Assembly: GCA_030611805.1 (NCBI GenBank)
Contig: JAUWPB010000003.1
Span: forward strand, 1-57,385
From: Nanobdellota archaeon
Lineage (GTDB): Archaea; Nanobdellota; Nanobdellia; Pacearchaeales; GW2011-AR1
Direction of reading: 5' to 3'
Length of the DNA: 57,385 nt
A program made the translations under genes and the position numbers. Within the stretch, counting starts at the first letter, position 1. Each line of letters starts with the position of its first letter. This document shows positions 18,901 to 26,041 of this stretch, in pieces. The notes beneath the pieces were generated by a model. It was not told the origin of the DNA. It searched no databases and saw nothing but the letters and a program-made list of their open reading frames with translations.

Positions 18901-19176
18901 AGATTAGGAGAAATGGAACAGCAGGCATTAGTTGCTCACGGTGCTTCATTATTATTAAAAGAAAGATATGATTCGGATAAAGTTGTGTTGCCAATCTGTA
19001 CAAAATGCGGAGCCATTGCAATAGACGACAGCATAAGGAATAAAATAGAATGCCCTCTATGCCACTCTGAAGATACAGAACCTGTTGAAGTATCATATGC
19101 ATTTAAATTATTATTAGAAGAATTACAAGGATTGCACATCCGAACATTCTTTGGATTAAAAAACAAATACGAATAA
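15925..19176 (+). CDS. rpoB: DNA-directed RNA polymerase subunit B (unsplit)
   Basis: 1083 aa with blocks GYFIIGGNERV, SHGQKGV, GEMEQQALVAHGA and a C-terminal Zn motif CTKCG..CPLC. Confidence 0.97.
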   Translation: MTDKHLIVKKYLEKHSLVESNITSFNNFIEHRMQEIVNEISETMSSDEFEIILGKIKVGKPKVTEADGSSSLIMPFEARIRKLTYSAPITLELTVKKDNQIDSETVEIGKIPIMVGSSVCNTHGLSHEQLIENYNDPRDPGGYFIIGGNERVMIMAEDLAENQPFIETDKKGNLTLRLFSLKGTYRIPVTISENKKGILETTFSRFRDLPAIVILKALGLTKESDIAKYIGKETDSVIINLYEFVNLATKEDAMMAIAEQTNLQGTKKEILDRVNQRIDAYLFPHIGTKKEDRMKKAVTLCKLIKQFLIAKQNPKLRTDKDHYSNKRVRLSGDLLATLFRVNLGILIRDIQYSLQKTVKRRKFFSIRIIAKSTLFSHRVESAIATGSWTGERSGITQNMDKTNYLATISQLQRVSSMLPSDQENFLARTLHPTHYGRFCPIETPEGTEIGLRKNLAILAKISTRVVLDENKFLKELEAQGLNKEGIGEKEVFFNGEFIGSVNEPKEFVKKIREKRRDGELPPQMNIRDDQNFQLILISTEPGRALRPLIIIEDGTPKLKDQHLVQLEQGELEWIDLIKQGVIEYLDASEEENALVALYKEEVSPEHTHLEIDSMDLFGVVTSLVPYGNHDQSSRLNRGSKTQKQALGLYAANYLCRLDTDVSILQYPQKPIVRSFVYDTLNTYPAGQNLVVAIMTHEGYNIEDALVFNQGSLDRGVGRSFYFRPYSAVEMSYAGGLNDELAIPEKDATGYRMETSYKFLENDGIVYPEAEINEGEVLIGKMSPPKFLSEVREISVKTKKESSVAMRQEEKGIVESVFITEDSEGNKIVQVKTRDQRIPELGDKFATSHGQKGVVGMIIPEEDIPFTSKGIKPDVLFNPHGLPSRMTVGYLLELLAGKVGCLKGETIDGTSFSGVDKKELEKQLKNLGFRYDGKETMFNGITGKRLSAKIFIGNLYYLKLKYMVGNKLHGRASGKVALLTRQPIEGRARGGALRLGEMEQQALVAHGASLLLKERYDSDKVVLPICTKCGAIAIDDSIRNKIECPLCHSEDTEPVEVSYAFKLLLEELQGLHIRTFFGLKNKYE

Positions 19177-19177
19177 A

Positions 19178-19432
19178 ATGACAGACCATATAGAAAGAAC
19201 AACGAATAATATTGGAAGAGACATAGCCTCTAAGATACCTCCTGAATATTTAGATGATTATCTTAAGAAATTGGATGTATTAGGAGATGAGGGATTAGAC
19301 CTTAGTAATGGATGGATCAATATTTGTGAATTTACTAATGAAGGCTGTAAAGGGGTGGCTAAAAAAGGAAAGTTTTATGACTGTTGTGTAAATAAAGGAA
19401 AAAATTGTTCGGAATACTTAAATTTAAAATGA
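19178..19432 (+). CDS. hypothetical 84-aa protein, Cys-rich C-terminus, between rpoB and rpoA
   Basis: Starts 2 nt after the rpoB stop and has an ATGA overlap with rpoA. Contains CEFTNEGCKGVAKKGKFYDCCVNKGKNC. Confidence 0.55.
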   Translation: MTDHIERTTNNIGRDIASKIPPEYLDDYLKKLDVLGDEGLDLSNGWINICEFTNEGCKGVAKKGKFYDCCVNKGKNCSEYLNLK

Positions 19433-22400
19433 ATAAACCAATAAGAAAAAAAATTAGCGAAATAAAATTTTCTCTGCTTAATCCTGAGCAGATTAAAAAA
19501 CTCTCGTGTGCAAAAATAGTTACACCAGAATTATATAATATCGACGGGTATCCAGTAGATGGAGGGCTTATGGATTTAAAACTTGGAGCAATAGACCCTG
19601 GAGTAAAATGTCGGACATGTGGTGGGCGGCTTAAAGAGTGTCTGGGTCATTCTGGAAGTATTGACCTTGCAAGATCTGTAATGCATTTAAAATATATTCC
19701 TTTAGTTGAATTAGGATTAAGATGTTTTTGTCGTTCATGTGGGAAATTATTACTTGCAGACAAGGACTTGGAAAAGTATTCTCCAAGCCAAAGAGCAAAA
19801 AAAGCAAAAGATTCTAAAAAATGTCCTCATTGTGGGGAGGCTAATGAAAAAATTAAATTAGATAAACCAACAAGCTTTTACATAGGACGAGTAAGGTTAT
19901 TCCCGACAGAAATCAGAGAAATTCTGACAAAGATTCCGGATTCTGAATTGCACAAAGTTGGAATTGACACCGAAACTTGCAGACCAGAATGGGCGGTTTT
20001 GACTTCGCTGTTAGTTCCTCCTGTAACAGTCAGACCAAGTATTATTTTAGAATCTGGTGAAAGAAGCGAGGATGATTTAACTCACAAACTTTCTGATATT
20101 ATAAGAGCTAATCAACGGCTTTGGGAAAACCTGAATGCAGGAGCTCCGGAAGTTATCATAGAAGATTTATGGGATTTGTTGCAATTTCATATTACAACTT
20201 TTTTCGATAATACTGTCGCAAGAATTCCTCCCGCAAGGCACAGGAGTGGACAGCCATTAAAAACAATCACAGAAAGAATCAAAGGAAAAGAAGGAAGAAT
20301 CCGAAAAAATTTAGCAGGAAAAAGAGTTAATTATTCCGGGAGAACTGTAATCTCTCCTGATTCCTCAATTGAAATTAATGAAGTTGGTGTTCCTTATGAA
20401 ATTGCCAAGATAATTACTGTTGCAGAAAGTGTTACTGATTTGAATATTGAAAAATTAAAAAAGTTAGTTGAAAAAGCAGAGAAATATCCAGGAGCAAATT
20501 ATATTATAAGACCAGATGGAAAAAGAAAAAAAATCGTTCCTGAACTTAAGGAAGAAATCATAAGTGAACTTAGGGTAGGATATAAAGTTGAAAGGCATTT
20601 GCAGGACGGGGATGTTGTTTTATTTAACCGGCATCCAAGTTTGCATAGAGGAAGTTTGATGGCTCATTTTGTAAAAGTTCTGCCAGGAAGAACATTTAGA
20701 CTCCACCCTTCTGTAGCATTTCCATATAACGCTGATTTTGACGGGGATGAAATGAATATTCACTCTCCACAAACAGAAGAAGCAAGAGCAGAGGCAAAAA
20801 TACTTCTTGATGTTAAAAAGAATTTAATCTCTCCAAAGAATAATACAAATCTTATAGGCTGTGTAGCAGATGCAATTACCGGAAACTATTTGTTAGGATT
20901 GGATGAATTTCCAAGAGATTATGCAAATCAAATTCTTTACAAAGCAGGAATTGATGCCCAAATTTCAAAAAAAACGATTTCAGGGACAGATATATTTTCT
21001 GAAGCATTGCCAAAAATAAATTTATCCAATGACTCAGTGAATATAAAAGATGGAAAAATAATCAAAGGAAAAATAGACAAAACTCTTTTTGGAAGCGAAG
21101 ACGGAGAATTAATTAAAGAACTGGATAAAAAATTTGACAAGGAAAAAACTTTTGAAACAATAAAAAAAGTTTTTAATTTAGGAATAAATTACCTGACTGA
21201 CAGAGGTATAACAATCTCTGTTAATGATTTGGATTTAGATGAACATGTTGTTAATTCCGGAAAAGAAATTATCAAAAAAGCCGAGAAAAAAACAAATGAA
21301 ATAATTGATTCTTACAACCAAAAAACTCTTGAGATAATCCCGGGAAAAACAGAAGAGGAATCCAGAGAAATAAAAATACTTCAGGTTTTGAATGAAGTTA
21401 GAACAAAAATTGGAGAGATAGTAAAAAAAGAGTTCCCTGAAAAAAATCCTGTAAGTTATATGATTAAGTCAGGAGGCGGGGGCAATATTTTAAACATCAC
21501 ACAAATGGCTTGCTGTGTCGGGCAACAGGCATTTGTCGGAGGAAGAGTAGACATTGGTTATACTGAAAGGACACTTTCATTTTTTAAACGAAGGGATTTA
21601 TCTCCGAGGTCAAGAGGATTTATCCATAGCTCATTCATGAAAGGATTAAGACCTGACGAGTTTTTCTTTGGTGCGATTACTGGAAGAGATTCACTTATGG
21701 ATACTGCATTAAGAACACCTAAATCAGGTTATCTTTACAGAAGATTAGCTAATGCACTGCAGGATATCAAGATTGAATATGACAAAACTGTAAGAGATAG
21801 CAATAACAGTATAATCCAATTTAAATATGGGGACGATGGAATAGATGTTTCAAAACTTCATAAAAATGAGAAGCTGGAATCCGGAGAAGCGATTGGAATT
21901 ATTACTGCTCAATCTTTTGGTGAACCTTCAACCCAGATGGTTATGAGAACTTTCCATATGGCAGGAGTTGCAGAAATGCAGGTTACTATGGGTCTTCCAA
22001 GACTTATAGAAATTTTTGATGCAAGAAAAAAACCGTCTTCGCCTAAAATGGAGATTTATTTAAAAAAAGAATATAACAATGAAAAAGATGCCAGAGTTTT
22101 TGCGGAAAAGATAAAAGAAGTTACATTAAAAGAAATATCTTCAGAGATTAATTTGAATTTTAGTGATAAGGAAATTGAAATAAAGATTGATAAAAAAGGG
22201 TTAAGACAAACTCATACTTCAATAAAGAAAGTTGTGGAAAAACTTAATGGTCTGAAGTTTAATGTAAAAGAAAAAACAGACTCAATAATTTTGAATGCGT
22301 CTGAATCAAGTTTTACAGAAATATATCAACTCAAAGAAAAACTTAAGAAAACAATAATTTCAGGGATTAAAGGAGTGGAGCAAATTTTAATTGTTAAGAA

Positions 22401-22917
22401 AGACAAAGATTTCGTGACAACCACTCTTGGAACAAATTTGAAAAAAATAATTGAGCTAAAAGAAGTTCATGTGGATAAAACAATTTCAAATGATTTGCAT
22501 GAGATGGCAAAAGTTTTTGGAATTGAAGTGGCAAGGCAATTAATAATTGATGAAATTTATAATGTGATTAATACTCAGGGACTGGACATTGATATAAGAC
22601 ACCTTAAACTTATTGCAGATGCCATGACTAATACTGGAGGAGTTAAGGGAGTTACAAGAATGGGAATTATTGCACAAAAAGATTCTATACTTGCGCGTGC
22701 AACTTTTGAAATCCCGGACAAGCAATTTGTGAATGCGTCGATAAAAGGAAGCAGTGATAAATTAGTGGGAATTATAGAAAATATTATTCTTAATCAGCCA
22801 ATCCCGGTTGGTGCAGGATTGCCGGGGCTTTTTGTTAAAGTCATTGGACCGTTAGTAAAGAAAGAAGAGGAAAAGAAAACAGCAAAGAGAAAGGTTGTGG
22901 AGAGTACTAATAAATAG
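19429..22917 (+). CDS. rpoA: DNA-directed RNA polymerase largest subunit, A' and A'' portions in one ORF
   Basis: NADFDGDEMN (20728..20757) and GEAIGIITAQSFGEPSTQMVMRTFHMAG lie in the same uninterrupted frame; 1162 aa from the ATG at 19429. Confidence 0.93.
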   Translation: MNKPIRKKISEIKFSLLNPEQIKKLSCAKIVTPELYNIDGYPVDGGLMDLKLGAIDPGVKCRTCGGRLKECLGHSGSIDLARSVMHLKYIPLVELGLRCFCRSCGKLLLADKDLEKYSPSQRAKKAKDSKKCPHCGEANEKIKLDKPTSFYIGRVRLFPTEIREILTKIPDSELHKVGIDTETCRPEWAVLTSLLVPPVTVRPSIILESGERSEDDLTHKLSDIIRANQRLWENLNAGAPEVIIEDLWDLLQFHITTFFDNTVARIPPARHRSGQPLKTITERIKGKEGRIRKNLAGKRVNYSGRTVISPDSSIEINEVGVPYEIAKIITVAESVTDLNIEKLKKLVEKAEKYPGANYIIRPDGKRKKIVPELKEEIISELRVGYKVERHLQDGDVVLFNRHPSLHRGSLMAHFVKVLPGRTFRLHPSVAFPYNADFDGDEMNIHSPQTEEARAEAKILLDVKKNLISPKNNTNLIGCVADAITGNYLLGLDEFPRDYANQILYKAGIDAQISKKTISGTDIFSEALPKINLSNDSVNIKDGKIIKGKIDKTLFGSEDGELIKELDKKFDKEKTFETIKKVFNLGINYLTDRGITISVNDLDLDEHVVNSGKEIIKKAEKKTNEIIDSYNQKTLEIIPGKTEEESREIKILQVLNEVRTKIGEIVKKEFPEKNPVSYMIKSGGGGNILNITQMACCVGQQAFVGGRVDIGYTERTLSFFKRRDLSPRSRGFIHSSFMKGLRPDEFFFGAITGRDSLMDTALRTPKSGYLYRRLANALQDIKIEYDKTVRDSNNSIIQFKYGDDGIDVSKLHKNEKLESGEAIGIITAQSFGEPSTQMVMRTFHMAGVAEMQVTMGLPRLIEIFDARKKPSSPKMEIYLKKEYNNEKDARVFAEKIKEVTLKEISSEINLNFSDKEIEIKIDKKGLRQTHTSIKKVVEKLNGLKFNVKEKTDSIILNASESSFTEIYQLKEKLKKTIISGIKGVEQILIVKKDKDFVTTTLGTNLKKIIELKEVHVDKTISNDLHEMAKVFGIEVARQLIIDEIYNVINTQGLDIDIRHLKLIADAMTNTGGVKGVTRMGIIAQKDSILARATFEIPDKQFVNASIKGSSDKLVGIIENIILNQPIPVGAGLPGLFVKVIGPLVKKEEEKKTAKRKVVESTNK

Positions 22918-22964
22918 TTTTAATCTTGAATATAAATCTTTAAGAAGTCTATTAAATAATTTAA

Positions 22965-23396
22965 ATGCATATGAAGTTTAGAGAATGGTTAGATAGAAAG
23001 AAGGAGTTAAGGAAAATTAGAATTGGAACAAATGAAAGATTGATAGGAAACGAATATATCTCAAAACTTGATTGGCAGTTGCTAGAATTTATACAGACAG
23101 AAATTCCAAATTACTTATTTGTGGGAGAAAGACATTCTTTATTATTTTCATTAAATCCAAAAGAAAGGGCAGTGATTATTGGAAGATATGTAAAAGATAA
23201 AAATGGGGGTTATCATTTAGGAACGAATACTTCTTTAGAGAGAAATAGCGAGAGGGTTTATCTAAGTTTATTAATTGGGAAAGATGGTATTGAAGAGAAA
23301 AGGCCTACTTTAGATAAAACTTATTCTTTAATGGAAAAAGTTTTTATAGGACTACAAGAAATTGAAAAAGGAGATTGTGAGGAGGAAGGTTCATAA
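22965..23396 (+). CDS. hypothetical protein (143 aa) in the slot normally held by rpl30e
   Basis: ORF with its own TATA-like box; no L30e-like motifs. Confidence 0.55.
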   Translation: MHMKFREWLDRKKELRKIRIGTNERLIGNEYISKLDWQLLEFIQTEIPNYLFVGERHSLLFSLNPKERAVIIGRYVKDKNGGYHLGTNTSLERNSERVYLSLLIGKDGIEEKRPTLDKTYSLMEKVFIGLQEIEKGDCEEEGS

Positions 23397-23411
23397 TGTT
23401 GAATATCATAA

Positions 23412-23503
23412 GTTGTTTTTGAAACAGCATTGTTAAAACAACCCCTCGGGGCGACACTGCATGTTTGGAGTGTTAAAATTCGTATCAGATTTTAGCGAAT
23501 TTT
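23412..23503 (+). other. candidate structured RNA/DNA element: four consecutive hairpins
   Basis: GTTGTTTT/AAAACAAC (8 bp), CCC-CTCG-GGG, ACACT/AGTGT (5 bp), AAAATTCG/CGAATTTT (8 bp). A T-tract follows. Confidence 0.3.
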
Positions 23504-23627
23504 GACCAAAGTATTTTTATTAATCCCATATTTATTTCTTTAAATCTTTATTTAAATATTTTTCTCAACAAATTCTCCTGAATACAAACTTTTATAAAAC
23601 ACTCTTATCTAAAAATTTTATCTGAAC

Positions 23628-24044
23628 ATGGTTAATACAATTGATATGCAGGATATGAGATATTTGAATTTGTTTGGTAAAATCACAAGAGTGAGCACAA
23701 GATTTTGTTTTAAGTATAATGAAGCAATAATGTTTTGTGTGCCAAAGCAATTACTTTCCCGGGCAATTGGTGAAACAGGGAAAAACCTGAAACAAATGCA
23801 TAATATTCTTGGCAAAAGAATAAGAGTTATTCCGCTTCCAGATGGAATTCATCACGCAAAGCAATTTATCGAGGCTGTTGTTAACCCAGTTACATTTAAG
23901 GATTTAGAAGTTAAAGATAATGAAATGATTCTAACCGCAGGAAGCCAAAGTAAAGCAGCATTGATTGGGAGAAACAGAAGAAGATTTTTAGAGATGCAAA
24001 AAATTGTCAGGGATTTTTTTAAAAAAGAGTATAAGATTGTTTGA
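23628..24044 (+). CDS. nusA: archaeal NusA-like KH-domain transcription factor
   Basis: 138 aa, LFGKITRVSTRFCF...AIGETGKNLKQMHNILGKRIRVI. Conserved position before rps12. Confidence 0.85.
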   Translation: MVNTIDMQDMRYLNLFGKITRVSTRFCFKYNEAIMFCVPKQLLSRAIGETGKNLKQMHNILGKRIRVIPLPDGIHHAKQFIEAVVNPVTFKDLEVKDNEMILTAGSQSKAALIGRNRRRFLEMQKIVRDFFKKEYKIV

Positions 24045-24084
24045 TTAAACAAATCTTTAAATAGTTCTTAAATTTTTGAAAAAC

Positions 24085-24279
24085 ATGGGATTAAATATAA
24101 AAACAATTGAGATGGTGGCAAAGATTCAAAGTAGGCGAAAACCACATGTGCGTCTCTCTTGTGATGTCTTATTTGCCGACTATATACCAACTATGGATGA
24201 TTGCCTTCGCGAGATGCATGTATATATTAAAAAAAGACAGAAAGAACTTAAGGAAGAAAATAAAGAGTATAGAAATTAA
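24085..24279 (+). CDS. hypothetical 64-aa protein between nusA and rps12
   Basis: The track ORF starts at TTG 24076; the first ATG is at 24085. No recognisable motif. Confidence 0.4.
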   Translation: MGLNIKTIEMVAKIQSRRKPHVRLSCDVLFADYIPTMDDCLREMHVYIKKRQKELKEENKEYRN

Positions 24280-24371
24280 TTTGAGATAGCAACTTTAAAG
24301 AGCAAAAACAAAGTTTTTCCACTAAAACTTTCTTCCAGAAACTTTTTAAACTAATTTCTCACAAATATAAT

Positions 24372-24794
24372 ATGGGATTAAAGAATGCACTGAAAAAAAT
24401 AAAGACCAGGAAAAAGTTTAGATGGAAAGATAGCAAGTATAAAGTTAGAACTTTAAATTTATTTGCAAAATCAGACCCTCTTGAAGGTGCCAGCCAGGCA
24501 AAAGGAATTGTTCTTTCTAAGTTTCAAAAAGAAGCAGCACAGCCAAATTCTGCAATGAGAAAATGTTGCAAGGTTCAGCTTACGAAAAATGGAAAAACTG
24601 TCGGAGCATTTATCCCGGGAAACCTTGCTCAAAAATTTATTGATGAGCATGACGAAGTTATGATTGAAAGAATTGGTGGAAAACAAGGACGGGCTAAAGG
24701 AGATATTCGTGGAATCAGATGGCAAGTTATTCAAGTAAATGATCAACCACTTTCCAGATTAGTTAGTGGAAAGATTGAAAAGGGAAGGAGATAA
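24372..24794 (+). CDS. rps12: 30S ribosomal protein S12 (uS12)
   Basis: 140 aa, [16 protein letters not shown]...[14 protein letters not shown]...[10 protein letters not shown]. Confidence 0.95.
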   Translation: MGLKNALKKIKTRKKFRWKDSKYKVRTLNLFAKSDPLEGASQAKGIVLSKFQKEAAQPNSAMRKCCKVQLTKNGKTVGAFIPGNLAQKFIDEHDEVMIERIGGKQGRAKGDIRGIRWQVIQVNDQPLSRLVSGKIEKGRR

Positions 24795-24795
24795 A

Positions 24796-25014
24796 ATGAG
24801 TGTAGGAACATATGAAGGATTAGGAAATACTCAATCTGAAAAGAATTATTGTCCAGAATATGAAACTTTAAAATGCCCAAGAAAGTGTGTAATTAGACAA
24901 AAACTTTTAGGAGCCGAAAACATTTTAACGATAAGTGAAAAAACAAGAATTGAATTAAAAAATTTTATCATAAAAAATTTTGATAATAAATGTGAAAAAG
25001 GAAGAATAAAATGA
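24796..25014 (+). CDS. hypothetical 72-aa protein (4 Cys) between rps12 and rps7
   Basis: ATG 2 nt after the rps12 stop, with GGAAGGAG SD inside the rps12 3' end. Confidence 0.5.
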   Translation: MSVGTYEGLGNTQSEKNYCPEYETLKCPRKCVIRQKLLGAENILTISEKTRIELKNFIIKNFDNKCEKGRIK

Positions 25015-25283
25015 CAGATTTAAAAACAATGCGTGAAAAATTTTCCAAGTATCTTAGAGAGTATACTCTCTTGGATAAACAAATTATAAATATACTTGAT
25101 GTAATCAAACATAACAAAGAAACAGATGATTATTTTTTTCCAGAGTATGTTGGAAGAGACACCCCAATTTATTTATCTCCTAATGGAGCAAGAATTTGGA
25201 TAACAAAAGAAAATCAATTAGTAATTGATAATAAAAGTAATTTAGAAAAAGAATTAAAAAAATCTTTAATGAATATAATTTGA
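25011..25283 (+). CDS. hypothetical 90-aa protein between rps12 and rps7
   Basis: ATGA overlap with the preceding small ORF. Confidence 0.55.
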   Translation: MTDLKTMREKFSKYLREYTLLDKQIINILDVIKHNKETDDYFFPEYVGRDTPIYLSPNGARIWITKENQLVIDNKSNLEKELKKSLMNII

Positions 25284-25302
25284 TAAAATTCAAGAACAAA
25301 AA

Positions 25303-25902
25303 ATGACACTGCAATTTAAAATATTTGATTTGTATGATTTAAGTGAGATTAAAGTAGTTGACCATGGGTTGAAATCAGTGATAAATCTTGAGCCAAAATT
25401 GATTTTAAAAAGTCAGGGAAGAAATGTTGGGAAACTTGGACAAATTAAAGTAAATATTGTTGAAAGGTTAATGAACAAACTTGCTGTTGCAGGACATCGG
25501 GGCAAAAAACACAAATTAGGAATTGGACATACAACTGGTAAATATTCAAAGAACATGAAAATTGTTTTGGAAGCATTTGAATTAATAGGGAAAAAAACCC
25601 AGAAAAATCCTGTGGAGGTTTTTGTCAAGGCAATTGAAAACTCTGCACCGAGGGATGAGATAACAGTTATTGAATATGGTGGGGCAAGATATCCTCAGGC
25701 AGTTGATGTTTCTCCGTTGAGAAGAGTGAATTTAGCTTTAAGAAATATTGTTCACGGGGCTTCAGACAAAGCATTTAACAAAAAGAAAACTATTGCTCAG
25801 GGATTAGCTGATGAGATAATCATGGCTTCTGAGGGAAACCAAGAGAGCTTTGCGATTAAGAAAAAGAGAGAGAGCGAAGCACAAGCTGATAGTGCCCGGT
25901 AG
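25303..25902 (+). CDS. rps7: 30S ribosomal protein S7 (uS7)
   Basis: 199 aa, VERLMNKLAVAGHRGKKHK...IEYGGARYPQAVDVSPLRR. Confidence 0.95.
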   Translation: MTLQFKIFDLYDLSEIKVVDHGLKSVINLEPKLILKSQGRNVGKLGQIKVNIVERLMNKLAVAGHRGKKHKLGIGHTTGKYSKNMKIVLEAFELIGKKTQKNPVEVFVKAIENSAPRDEITVIEYGGARYPQAVDVSPLRRVNLALRNIVHGASDKAFNKKKTIAQGLADEIIMASEGNQESFAIKKKRESEAQADSAR

Positions 25903-26041
25903 TTTTAACCTGTTTATTTTAAGCACAAAAGTTTTTTAAACCAATTTTCCGATTAATTTATATTCTCATTATTTAAAATGGCAAAAGTAAATCTAAAGAT
26001 TTTCATAAACCATTTTATTCAGAAACAATAAAACGAAAAAA

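Noticed and set aside
25978-26031. 17-codon uORF (MAKVNLKIF...) upstream of EF-2 sharing aaaatggcaaaag with the EF-2 start: a possible fifth stub
   Set aside because: Only 13 nt are shared, and ATGGCAAAA (MAK) is a very common start in this window (nrdJ, dnaG, DUF1858, the CDPS-like gene). This is insufficient to call a duplication.
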